DNA of 64,000 nucleotides, from positions 42,658,001-42,722,000 of the forward strand of contig NC_058368.1 of the NCBI RefSeq assembly GCF_018350175.1, given 5' to 3'. Below, piece by piece: positions 25,474 through 37,275 of this stretch. A program made the translations under genes and the position numbers. Source of the stretch: Felis catus. Lineage: Eukaryota. The notes under the pieces are model-generated. The model ran no database searches. It worked only from the letters and a program-made list of their open reading frames with translations, and had not been told where the DNA came from. Each line of letters opens with the position of its first letter. Position 1 is the first letter of the stretch.

Positions 25474-25869
25474 GGGTAATATTAATTTCAGATCAAAAAC
25501 ATTGCTTTTTTGTGTGTTTTTCTAATATTTTATGAGTTCCTCTTTCTATTTTGTTTGTTTGCTTTGTTATCCTCTGTTTGTGGTATTTTTTTTCCTTGGC
25601 TGCCACATTAAATTTAGAAGTAAATGTTAAAAAGTTAACTAAAAGCTTAGTGTTCACAGGGTTCTTATCAAATCGTAGACTTTACCATTTTCTTAAGAGA
25701 CACCTACCTATCAACCTTTGTCGATTTTACTCTTTGGTTTATCATTTCCTCAGAGAGGAGTCTTCTAATTTTTTATATGAGAAGCCTGATATATAGACCT
25801 AGAGAAAGACTAGAATTGTACAGTTTTAAGTTTAAAAGTTTTAGTCAATATCTGCTATTTGAGTGTGGT

Positions 25870-26360
25870 GCTTTACCCCTGCCCTCAGCTAAGTCCTAAT
25901 TCCTCTTATTCAGAGTATTTTTGATTCAGTCTCTCAAGAGAATCAACTTCCCGTCTCCTGCTGGAATGGGGAAAGGGACCTGGAGGTACTATCCCTTTCA
26001 GCCAGCTCTTCCCCTCTCCATAGACAGCCAGCAGACTAGAAGACTGTCCAACATGAATAGTAGCTTTACTCCTAGAGACTGTCCAGGGACTCAGGTTCCT
26101 TCTATCTTGTTGATTAGAGAGGGGACCTCTTACTGAAAGGAAGATGATTTGCCTTTATTGCTCTGATACTTTCAGCCTTCTTTTCTCTAATCCATTACTT
26201 TAAATCATATACCTTCAATCGCCCAAAATTTATGCACCTATCTTGTCTATTCTCTCCTCCTTCCGTGTATCTACATTTTTATCTCTTAACTATTATTTTA
26301 GTGGGTTTGGGGAACAAGTTAAAAACTCATGTGTCCAAACCTTCCATATTAAATTGGAAG
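25870..26360 (-). mobile_element. Ancient HAL1/L1ME 5' UTR fragment
   Basis: Ends catgtgtccaaaccttccatattaaattggaag, antisense to a HAL1/L1ME-like 5' terminus. Confidence 0.45.
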
Positions 26361-26467
26361 ATACTTGCTCCATACAACACATCTTTGCAATCTATATAGT
26401 TGATCACAAAATAGTGTATGTGTAAGTGTTTTCTCCCTTCTTACAGCTTTTCACTGGGAGATGTGTA

Positions 26468-27017
26468 CAGTTAATTCTTGTTATGCACAGTAGTTATCTT
26501 CTAGAAAGTTGCCAAACACTGAATTCACAAACACGAGACCATTGTCCCAGGGGAAGTATGTAACATATAGATATATACATAACTCACATAGATCATAATC
26601 TTAAATCCTAAAAACAACTCCTCCTGGTTGATTCTCTCCCTCGTTTTTTTCTCGTGTAAAAGAGAAAATGGGGTTCGGGAATGTTAAGTGACTTAAGACC
26701 TCTCCACGAACAGGTGCCAACGTTAGAATTCAGTCCTCATCCCTGAGTGGGAGCCTCTTGCACTTTCCTTCACTACCAGCTACTGTTACCATTTCCCAGC
26801 CATCTCTGTGTGACAGCAGAAACAAGAAGGTGGGGCTGCTACTCCTATCAGCTCAGCTGAGAATGTGGATGCCAGGTGACCCAACTTTTTTGCTGCTGTG
26901 AGCATGTTCACAAATGACCGAGAAAGAACCAAAAGTATTAATTTTGAGGTCACAAATAACTTTTAAGAAGTAGATTAATTCACAAATATAGAATCTGGGA
27001 ATAATGAGAATTGACTA
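26468..27017. mobile_element. Non-autonomous TcMar-Tigger element (MER82-like)
   Basis: Imperfect TIRs cagttaattcttgttat / ataatgagaattgacta, TA on both flanks (26466-67, 27018-19), and MER82-like gaaacaagaagg...cagctgagaatgtg...attttgaggtcacaaataa. Confidence 0.8.
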
Positions 27018-27979
27018 TAAATCGTTGAACGCTTCTACCTAATAATCATATATGCCAAGAGCTGATTCATATTCCGCACATCAGTGGTCTAATTAAAATG
27101 TAAAATGTGGTATCTGCTACCATTTACATTTTCATTGATAAAGGAATTTTGCTAGTTCTCCATTCTGTGTTCTCTCCAAGGGTAATGTTTATTATAAATG
27201 CATTGAAATAGTGTGTTCTAATATGATTGTGTGTTTTTCTAATATTTTATGAGTTCCTCTTTATATTTTGTTTGTTTGTTATGGGCATTTTGATATGTCC
27301 TTAATTTTGGTACCTAAACCATGATAAATTTGTCAAAATACAGTGGAATTAATATTGAGTATTTGTTCTAGAAAAAAATGTGATTAGTCTACCAAAATTA
27401 AAATTGCTTTGAAAATTATAAATTTTCATAAATTATAACATATTGAAAGTTGAGTTAATGAATTTCTAGTGTAATATAATCCACTTTCCAATCCTATGAC
27501 TTTTCAATCATTTTAGTCTATTTGTATAAAATTATCATATTCAGTTTTATTTTCTCCAGCTCACACAGACACATAATCTACATCAGTATTGGCATCTATC
27601 TCACTACTTATTTATGACAAGTCTTGACTGTAATATTTATATGACTGTTTTTATCACTAACTTTCATCTTTTCAAAAATTGCTTTTGGGTCTATTCCATT
27701 TATATGCTTTTCCATAATTCAATAAAAATACAAATTCTAAAAATATAATTTATAACAGGCACAATGAACTGACCCCCCATCATCACCTCAGATAGAATCA
27801 GTTATTAAGCTGGTAAAGTTAAATAAGACACACACCCACAAAATTTAGAAACTTTAATAAAAACCTTTAAGAATATAAAGATTATTGTGACAGTACAAAA
27901 ATTTCCAAGAAAATATCAATGAAGCTACAAATTCAAATCTGGAAAATGCATGTAACCAAATTTATTTCATAGTCTCTTT

Positions 27980-28199
27980 GACTTTTATTTATTTTTAAAA
28001 ATTTTATTTATTTATTCTGAGAAAGAGAGAGGGAGTGAGGGACCAGCAAAGAGGGAGGGAGAGAGAGAACACCAAGCAGGCTCTGTACTGTCAGTGCAGA
28101 GTCGATGACCCAGGAGCTCAGTCTCACAAACTGAAAGATAATGACCTGTGCTGAAATCAAGAGTTGGACATTCAACCAATGGAGCCACCCATGTGCCCC
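27980..28199 (-). mobile_element. CanSINE (1 of 3 in tandem)
   Basis: Antisense body ending gccacccatgtgcccc; flanked by catagtct. Confidence 0.93.
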
Positions 28200-28209
28200 T
28201 CATAGTCTT

Positions 28210-28238
28210 CTTTTTTTTCTTTAAGTTTATTTATTTAT

Positions 28239-28275
<37 letters not shown>

Positions 28276-28444
28276 AGGGGAGGGGCAGAGAGAGAGGGAG
28301 AGAGAGGATCCCAAAAAGGTTTCATATTGCCAGTGCAGAACGTGAGATGTGGCCACGCAGGATTTAAACTCAGGAACCTTGAGATCCTGACGTGAGCTGA
28401 AACCAAGAGTCAGAGGCTTAACCGACTGAGCCATCCAGGCACCC
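28210..28444 (-). mobile_element. CanSINE (2 of 3 in tandem)
   Basis: Antisense body with long (GA)n; flanked by catagtctt. Confidence 0.93.
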
Positions 28445-28460
28445 ACTTCATAGTCTTTTT

Positions 28461-28700
28461 ATTTTTTTAAATTTTTTTATTTTTTTAAAATTTTTTAATG
28501 TTTTATTTATTTTTGAGACAGAGAGAGACAGAGCATGAACAGGGGAGGATCAGAGAGAGAGGGAGACACAGAATCTGAAGCAGGCTCCAGGCTCTGAGCT
28601 GTCAGCACAGAGCCCGATGTGGGGCTCAAACTCACGGACTGTGAGATCATGACCTGAGCCGAAGTCGGACGCTCAACTGACTGAGCCACCCAGGCGCCCC
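28461..28700 (-). mobile_element. CanSINE (3 of 3, least diverged)
   Basis: Retains CpGs (gccgaagtcggacgc, caggcgcccc); TSD catagtctttt. Confidence 0.96.
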
Positions 28701-29402
28701 ACATAGTCTTTTTAAACAAACTGTTCTTGGTTCTTTTGATGGACCATTAGAAACTTTGAAACACTGTTTTTTAAGATTTTTATTTGATATGCAAACTTCA
28801 GAATTTTGGTTGAAAACCCCAGTTTACGAAATAATGTACACAAACTACTGTCCAGGGGGAAGATAGATTTTCTTTAAAAGGGATAATAAAGTCAAGAAAA
28901 CAATTTTAGTTGTTAAGAGTGCTTTAAATTTGAAAGCAATAACTCCATATTACAGATATAAGGAGTTTTTAGATCAATAATGAAACCATTCTTATTGAAA
29001 TAAGTGGCACCCCAAAATAGAACTAGAAGTAGACTGGCTGAAGTAGACAAAGATCACCTTAGGAACAAGTTAAAAATAAAAATTCATAAAACATACTCCC
29101 AGAAATTTTAGCTGGTAAAATTGGGGTGGGGCTCAGGGATCCACATTTAACGACATTTCTCCCACAGTTCAAACAGCAGTGATATAAATTATAAGGAATG
29201 AAATTGTTGAATGCTTGCTATGGTGTGAGAGTATTTGAGTCACTTTTATAGATTCTCTAATTTGATTCACAAGACAAAACTATGAAGTAGATTTCACTCT
29301 CCAAAATTTGCATCGGAAGAGACTAAAACTCATACAGGTTAAGTACCACAGTCATATATATTGGAAACCACAGAATTAATATAAAAATCTGTATTCCATA
29401 AA

Positions 29403-29867
29403 GATTAGTTTGCTAGGGCTGCTGTAACTAACACAAACTGGTTAGCTTGATTTTCTCAAGAGTTCTGAAAACTAAGAGTTCTGGAGGCTGGAAGTAGAAA
29501 ATTAGTGTGTCAGTTGGGCTATGCTTCCTTTGAGATCTGTAGTGGAATTCTTCCTTGCCTCTTCCTAGATTTTGGTGGTTTGCTGATAATCTTCGTGTTC
29601 CTTCGCTTGCAACTACATAATTCCAATCTCTGCCTCTCTGTTCACTTGACATTCTCCTTGTGGGTCTCTGTAGGTACATGACTGTCTTCTTATAAGGATA
29701 CCAGTCATATTGGATCAGGGGCCCACCCTACACCAGTATTACTTCATCTTCACCAAACTAATTGCACCTACAGTGAATCTATTTCCAAATAAGGTCATAT
29801 TCTAAGGTACTGGGAGCTAGGACGTCAGTATATCTTTTATGGGTGAGCACAATTCAAGCCATAAACC
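29403..29867 (-). mobile_element. MaLR solo LTR (MLT1B/C-like)
   Basis: ttagtttgctagggctgctgtaac...gttctggaggctggaag...tttccaaataaggtcatattctaaggtactggg...cacaattcaagccataa. Confidence 0.88.
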
Positions 29868-30014
29868 AGGTCTTCAAAGCATAAATATTTCCACGATGCC
29901 ACTCCACCTCTACAGAAGGAAAATATACAATAATTTCCCTGAACTTCTAAATAGCAATATTCACTTTGTGGTTTAGTGATCTTTGAAAATAGAGTGCCTT
30001 TAAAACTGCGAGGA

Positions 30015-30170
30015 ACCAAAGGATCATTTAACTTATCCTTTTTATTTTTCAGATGTGGAAAATTGAAGTCAAGAGACAAAAGAGATTACATAATTTGCCC
30101 AAGGTCATATAGCTAATTAGTGCAACAGCATAGGCCAGAATACTAGTCTTTTGACCATTAAATAAACCAG
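30015..30170 (-). mobile_element. MIR/MIR3 fragment
   Basis: ttttcagatgtggaaaattgaagtc...aatttgcccaaggtcatatagcta. Confidence 0.7.
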
Positions 30171-30381
30171 TGCCTTTTCATAATACAATTTTGTCTGTTG
30201 CTATAAATTTTATTTTTTTATTTTTTTGCTTTCCTAAAGCAACTTTCTTCTAGAAATAACTGTCTTGGTTTATTCAATTGCATTATTTGCAAATGAAATG
30301 TTTTATTCTCATTTTTTTTCATATAGTCCATCCTCAAGGAGGGTAAAGAAATAAGATAACCCATTATCAAAAAAATTTCTA

Positions 30382-30610
30382 GGGGCACCTGGGTGGCTCA
30401 GTTGGTTAAGCTTCCAACTCTGTATTTTGGCTCAGGTCATGATCTCAGGGTTTGTGAGTTCAAGCCCCACCTCTGGCTCTGTGCTGGCAGTGAGGAGCTT
30501 ATTTGGGATTCTCTCTGTCTCTCTCTCTCTCTCTCCCCCTCTCTGTCCCTCCTCTGCTTGTACTCACTCTCTCTCTCTCTCTTTCAAAATCAATAAATAA
30601 GCTTAAAAAA
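30382..30610 (+). mobile_element. CanSINE
   Basis: ggggcacctgggtggctcag head, long CT tract, TSD-like aaaaaattt(tt)cta. Confidence 0.94.
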
Positions 30611-30829
30611 TTTTTCTATAGCAAATGCCTAACTCAAGGTCTGTTAGTATTTTATTATTGCTGTTGCTCTTGAGTTGATGTTGTTATTATTTTAATAATT
30701 GATTAAGACACAATAGCATCATAAACCTTAAAATATTAGGAAAAATTAACAAAAAATGTGAGGACCACCATAACAAAAACTAAAAAACAAAATCGCTAAA
30801 CAAAAAATGCTGAGAAATTAAGGATATCT

Positions 30830-31236
30830 AAATGTTTATTTATTTTTGAGAGAAAGACAGAGTGCTAACAGCAGATGGGCAGAGAAAGAGGGAGACACAG
30901 AATCTGAAGCAGGCTCCAGGCTCTGAGCTGTCAGCACAGAGCCTGATGTGAGGCTCAAACCACTAACTGTGAGAACATGACCTGCCAAATCAGATGCCCA
31001 ACCAACCAAACAAACAAATTTTTTTCTTTTTTTTAGTGTTTATTTTTTATTTTTGAAAGAAAGAGAGAGAGAGAAAAAACATGAGCAGGGAAGGGAGGGA
31101 GACACAGAATCTGAAGCAGGCTCCAGGCCCTGAGCTGTCAACACAGAACTGGATGCGAGGCTCAAACTCATGAACCATTAGATCATGACCTGAGCTGAAG
31201 TCAGACACTTAACCAACTGAGCCACCCAGGTGCCCC
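30830..31236 (-). mobile_element. Two adjacent CanSINEs (about 30830-31005 lacking its 5' head; about 31018-31236 full length)
   Basis: Two copies of gggagacacagaatctgaagcaggctccagg; one complete head gccacccaggtgcccc at 31236. Confidence 0.92.
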
Positions 31237-31244
31237 TAAATGAA

Positions 31245-32010
31245 CACATTTTCAATCAAAACCCCAACAGAGTTGTTGGGAAAAATTGACAAACAGTTGT
31301 TGAAATATTTAAGAAAATGTAAAGGGCCTAGAAAAGTAAACAATGTTGACTGAAAAGAAAGCTGAGAGACTCATGCTACCTTATTTCAATATTTACTGTA
31401 AAAATTAAGTGTTCAGAACCATTGAGTATTGTTACAGGAAAGAAAATAGTTAAATGGAACAGAATAGAAAGTTGATTAATAGACTTAATTGGGGTTGAAC
31501 AGAGGAACCAAAAGCAATTCAATGGAGACTAGAGAAGACTTTTTAACAAATGTTACTGGAAGAATTTGAAAAATCTATTAAAAATGAATCTTGCTCTCTA
31601 CTTCATACAACACATAACAACTAATTCGAGTATGATTCTAGATATAGATGTAAAAACTTGAAACTACAAAGTTTGTAGAATAAAACATAGGAAAATACCT
31701 TCATTATCTTGGATTAGGCAATGATTTCTTATGAGAACTCAGAAGGCAAGATGGCATAAAATGGTAAAATGATAAATTGTGTTTCATCCAAATTAAATAT
31801 CACTGCTTATCGTGATATATGGTATAGAAAACAAAAGACAAGGCATAAACTTATTAGTTACTAGAAAAATATAAATTGAAATCAAGAGAACAATTTCACA
31901 CCCACTAGACTGGCTAAAATTAAAGAGATTGGCATATGCTAATAGACAAAAAGAATGTGGAACAACTAGAATTCTCATATATTGTTGGTGAGATTGTTTT
32001 GAGTGTATCT
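31245..32010 (+). mobile_element. Old L1 ORF2 3' fragment (decayed)
   Basis: aatggaacagaatagaaag, aaagcaattcaatggag and atttcacacccactagactggctaaaattaaa are standard L1 ORF2 motifs. Confidence 0.8.
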
Positions 32011-32334
32011 TTATAGTATTCCATAACACGTACAGAGCCTATCACTGTAGATTCATTCTGACATTTTGCCAGCTAGAGTGAAATGTAGAAACCTATCATT
32101 CTGCTCTTTTGCCCCACTTGTTCATAATACAATTGCCTTAAAATTCTTTCCTATGTACACTTATAACCAAAACAGTGTTAAATTTTTGCTTCAACCATCA
32201 AACAAAATTTGTAACCCTGAAGAGAAGAAAAAAGTATCGTGTTTGCCTCTATTTTATTCTTTCTGCTATTTCTTTCTTCCAAATGTTCTAAGAGTTCTTG
32301 TATCACTTCTTTTCTCTTAAGACAACCTCCTTTA

Positions 32335-32501
32335 GGGGTACCTGGGTGGCTCAGTCAGTTGAGTGTCTGACTGTAGTCAGGTCATGATCTCAGGGTTATT
32401 GGAATTCAGCCCCGTGTCAGGCTCTGTGTTATCAGTGTGGAGCCTGCTAGGGATTCTCACTCTCTCCCCTTTCTCTTGCTGTCCCTCTCCTGCTTGCACT
32501 T

Positions 32502-32533
<32 letters not shown>

Positions 32534-32560
32534 GATAAACAAATAAAGTTAAAAAAAAAA
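32335..32560 (+). mobile_element. CanSINE
   Basis: TSD aagacaacctccttta on both sides. Confidence 0.95.
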
Positions 32561-32651
32561 AAGACAACCTCCTTTAGCCAATCTTTGGGGTGGTGATAAA
32601 TTCTCCTGAATTTTCTTCATATGAAAATGTCTTAATACCCCCTTCATTCTT

Positions 32652-32875
32652 TTTTTAATTTATTTTTTAATGTTTTTTATTTTATTTTTGAGAGACAGAG
32701 AGAGAAAGCATGAGTAGTGGAGGAGCAGAGAGAGAAGGAGACACAGAATCCGAAGCAGGCTCCAGGCTCCGAGCTGTCAGCACAGAGCCCGACGCAGGGC
32801 TCAAACCCACAAACTGCGAGATCATGACCTGAGCTGAAGTCAGAAGCCTAACAAACTGAGCCACCCAGGCGCCCC
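32652..32875 (-). mobile_element. CanSINE
   Basis: Perfect TSD aatacccccttcattctt. Confidence 0.96.
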
Positions 32876-32942
32876 AATACCCCCTTCATTCTTAAAGAAA
32901 ATTTTCTCTGGATATAGAATTCTGTGTTGACATTTCCTTTCT

Positions 32943-33164
32943 TTTTTTTTCTTTGTATTTTTTTAACGTTTATTTATTTTTGAGAGAGACAGACTGTGAG
33001 CGGGGGTGGGGCAGAGAGAGAGGGAGACACAGAATTAGAAGCAGGCTCCAGGCTCTGAGCTGTCAGCACAGGGCCCAACATGGGGCGACTCGAACTCATG
33101 AACTGCAAGATCATGACCTGAGCTGAAGTTGGACACTTAGCTGACTGAGACACCCAGATGCCCA
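32943..33164 (-). mobile_element. CanSINE
   Basis: Antisense body; TSD acatttcc(t/c)ttct. Confidence 0.95.
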
Positions 33165-36100
33165 ACATTTCCCTTCTATCAGCACTTGAAAAATGTCATC
33201 CCACCGCCTCTTGACCTACGTGATTTCCAATGAAAAACCTGATATTCTAGTTGCTTTACATCTGTAGGTAAGGTGTTATTTCACTCTTGCTGTTTTCAAG
33301 ACTTTTCTTTATCATGAATTTTCAGAGTTGGATCATCATGTGTCTTGGTGTGTATGTGCATGTGTGTATGTGTGTGTGTTTCCCTCAGTTTCTTGTATCT
33401 GTAAGTCTAGGTCTTTTGTCAAATTTGAGAAGTTTTCAGACATTATTTCTTCAGGTTTCTTTTCAGCCTCTTCCTCCTCACTTTTTGGAATTCTGATGAC
33501 ATAAATATTAAATTTTTATAGTCACACAGGTCACTGATACTCTCTTCTTTTTTTCCCCCTTATTTTCTCTGTTTTCTCAGATTGGATAATTTCTACTGTA
33601 CTATCTTCAAATTCACTGATTTTTCCTCTATACTCTCCACTCTGCTGTTGAGTCCATCCACTGAGTTTTTTTTATCTTGCATGTTGTATATTTTAGCTCT
33701 AAAATTCCCATTTGATTCTTCCTAGCAGTGAAGAGGAGTAGGACCTTGCTATTGCTAGGCGGTGGGGGTGAAGTGGGGTGGTGGGGGTGGGGGGTGAATG
33801 TTAGCACTAGCAGGGACAAAGTTCTAGCTTACTACTTAGTTTTCTCTGACACCACACTGGCAAGAAGTTTCTGTCTTGTCAGTTCCTGGCAAGAGTGAAA
33901 GTCAAGGTCCTGACTAAGCCTTCACTCTTACAGATGGGACCACAGTTTTTCTTTGCTTCCTGTGGTATTTTGTTGGTGTAGAGCAGTTAATGTTTAACAG
34001 TACTGTCTTGCCATCTTGCACTTTTCTTGCTCTTTTAGCTAGAACAGGCTTTCTTAAATTTATCTGCACCAATTGGTATTCTGGGTTGTTGACTTCTTCA
34101 CCTCGAAATCATGGATATATGAGGCAAAAAGGAAACCCTAGGAACATACCACCTGTTGTTCCTTGGGTCCCCTGGTCTCTAGCTAGTTTTTTCTCTCTAC
34201 ATTTTCAGATAATCCTTATGTTTTTGTTATCTGTAATGTCCAAGACTTTAGATATAATTAGAGGGTAAAATAAGGGAAAGTATATCTACTCCATCTTCTG
34301 AGAAAAGGAATCTTAACTCCCATCTTTTGAGAATAGGATTTATAGAGATTGCCTTTACCTCTTGAAAGCCTGCTAGCACACAATATTGTCAGTTTTAACT
34401 AGGAATTTGGGGTTTGTGTTTTTTTGTTTTTTTTTGTTTTTTTTTGGGGGGGTGGGTGGGTTTTTTTTTGTTGGTAGAAAGACCTTCAGAGTACTTACAC
34501 TACTACCATGCAATATTATAAAATACTAGAATATAATTTGTATTATTTTCAGAAGTTTGGAACATTGAAATTCCTGGCCGGCAAATCTAGAAAATATTGA
34601 TTCTTTTTTTTAATGTATGTCTTATTTTTTAAAGCATGCACCTGTTTTGGTTTACATAAGAATCATAAATCAATGATTTAGAAATATCATCAACCAAGGA
34701 AATTTAAAATCATTCAACTATGTACCATTTTGGGTTCTAGACTTAGGGTACTTTGAAAAGTAGTACTAATTTGAATGTCAGGGTGTTGGTATATTGGGCA
34801 GAACTAATTTTATACTCATTTTTATACTTTTTAGAGTCCTATTTCACAACAGCAGGCATTGCACATCTAGTGGATTATAATAAATTAAAGATATAAGCTA
34901 TCTAATTAAAACATAGAATGTAATTAGGGCTTTTGGATGGGTTAAAGACAGTTTTCTTATTAGTTTATGTTTAAATTATCTTTCAAAAATTAAGATTCAC
35001 ATACTCTGATGTAGTTACCTTTCTCATAATTCTTTCTCTGAGAGAGAATTCACAAAGGTAAAATCAGCTACTGCTATGGTGCCTCAAATTCCTGTCTTTC
35101 TTGTTCAACATCAGAAATGTAGGCACTAGTTTCACGGCATTTCTACCACACTTGTTTCCAAATTAATCTCTGCTTCCTCCTTTACAACACCGTATATTCT
35201 CTTAACTGTCCACTGTGTCTTTCCTCCCCTACCTCACATAGTATATTCCATTCATCATACTCCTAGAACTCACTAAAACCACCATCTTACAAGCAACCCC
35301 AACTTCCTTTTTCCTTAATCTTTCTGTTACACGGACTGGCAAAGTTCAACCCTCAATCAATCCAACTGTCTATTGCTGCTACTTCTTCATTCAGGTTGCT
35401 GAAAGCCCGTGGGGAAAATCACTCACTTGTATGGATTTGTGTCAGTACACATTCATTGTCTGCAACTTCAGCTGGAGATTGTAAGCTGTTTGAAATATGT
35501 AATATATTTATTTGTGCTCAGTTCCCAGCCCAACATGTTATACATTCTAGATGCTCAAGAAATGCCACCTGATGGATTGGATCCATTCTGCCAAATCTTA
35601 TTTAAAGCTATTTTATTGCAAATTCAGTACATTTTACATTCCTCAGTTGTGAATTTATTTTTGAAACACTTTTATTATTGCATCTAATATACTAGAGAAA
35701 CTTCTAATGTAAATGACCTTTAAATAATACCAATAATTGGTTTTGGTTGTCCTCATTTTACTTATCACTTTCACTTCTCTTGCTGCTTCTGTCAGTCAAG
35801 AAATTCACAAGGCAGTTCCAGACTTGCTGGCATTTTGGTCCCCTGACTTGCAGCACATTATACCTCTAATTAAGTCTCTGTGTTATTTTAGTATTTTCCT
35901 TGTTTGGCTCAATATCTCTCTTCCTTTCAGGTTAAATGTTGTAAACAGAAAGCAAGTATGATAGCTGCCCAATCAAATTATAGAAGGAATGTTGAAAAGG
36001 TCAAAACAGCAAAACACACTGCGGTAATTTATGTAATGTAGAATGTATTAAATTTTTGGCCTTCATTTGCCTCAAAAAATGTAATGGGAGGATAAATATG

Positions 36101-36849
36101 ACACAGGCTATTCAGAATGAAGTCTTATCTTCCAACTAGCAGGAGTGAATTCACTTTTGTTTTTCCCCCTGTTCTGGGAACATCTTTCCCCTGGCCAGAA
36201 GGAAAGTCACCCCTGTGCCCACTAGCAACCTCTCTCATTCTCCCCTATTCATTTGTCCTCAACAATGGGAAGGAGCAAGCTAAATCCTCCTTGTCTTGTG
36301 AGCCCTCATAGACCTCATGTTCTTTCCTCTGTGCGCATTTCTTTCTTTTACAAGCATCGCTTACGAGGCTGACGAAAGACTTCCTTATTCTCTAGTGATA
36401 CGTGATGTATTGGCTTTGGCATGAACCATTTAAACGAAAACTAGTACTTACAAATAGAAGCAGAGAGGGTCAGAGTATTACCATTGCCTACTAAATTGAC
36501 ACGAATTTGGAATGAAGTGATGAGAGGCAGGCTGGTTACTCCTATCAGGTAGTAGCTTTTGAATACAGACATAATAAATAGGTTGTTAAGGACCCATGAG
36601 AATATACACTAAAATATTTAAAGCTATGTAGTTTCCTCCTTCTCTTTATTCAATTTGATACTATAGTCACAAAGACAAGGATAGGGGATAACTTCCTTAT
36701 TTGGGAAAAATTTCTATATTGATGGAAAGTTTGAATGAGGTGGAAGGCATGTCTAGGGATATCTATTATATTTGCTTTGATGTGGCTAGCTAAATTATAG
36801 AAAGATAAATTTATATATGCATTAATTAAATGAAATACTTTATCATTGT

Positions 36850-37275
36850 TGATTATTGGGTTCCTCAGGAAGCTGGCTTTGAGTTGGAGTTTAGTGTGCA
36901 GGATGTTTGTTGAGGAAGGTCCTTGGGATCAATGCCTGTGGAAGCAGAGAAGGAAATAAGAGCAGTCAGAGAAGCCATGCTTCAACCCAGCTTTGCCTGA
37001 GCCCATTGTGGCTTTGAAAATTGAATGGGCTTTCAGAGTGGTCCTCAGTTTTTGTGAGGGAGCCAGACGCTATATCCCTACATGTACTAGTCATTGCATA
37101 CAGGTTGTCCTGGATGGGGCTTGTCTTAGACAAAATAACTCTTTGCAACAGAGGCAATATTTGAAAAAAATAAACAAAAACATGACAGCTGGAATACATC
37201 TGCTGACAACACTCCAGAAATTCCCCTTTCCAAGTCCCTCAGTGAAGAGGAATCTGTCTGGAGGGTTCTCTGCAG
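36850..37275 (-). mobile_element. ERV-L solo LTR (LTR33-like)
   Basis: ttgggttcctcaggaagc...gtgcaggatgtttgttgag...ccttgggatcaatgcctgtg...ctagtcattgcatacagg...ctgacaacactcc is colinear with antisense LTR33. Confidence 0.75.

Larger units (their letters stand above)
32030..34310 (-). mobile_element. Old L1 5' region (L1MC-like 5' UTR/ORF1) carrying three SINE insertions
   Basis: tcaaatttgagaagttttcagacattatttcttca and ctatcttcaaattcactgattttt are antisense ORF1-region motifs; ends tctactccatcttctgagaaaaggaa. Confidence 0.7.

Noticed and set aside
31245..34310. Oppositely oriented L1 pieces, suggesting a twin-priming inversion
   Set aside because: The pieces meet tail to tail with no shared TSD or poly(A) end, so two independent old L1s are more likely.
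36356..36445. atcgctt...ctgacga...cgaaa, suggesting a U2 snRNA start or a hammerhead ribozyme core
   Set aside because: The U2 similarity ends after 7 nt, and I find no stem II pairing between CTGACGA and GAAA.
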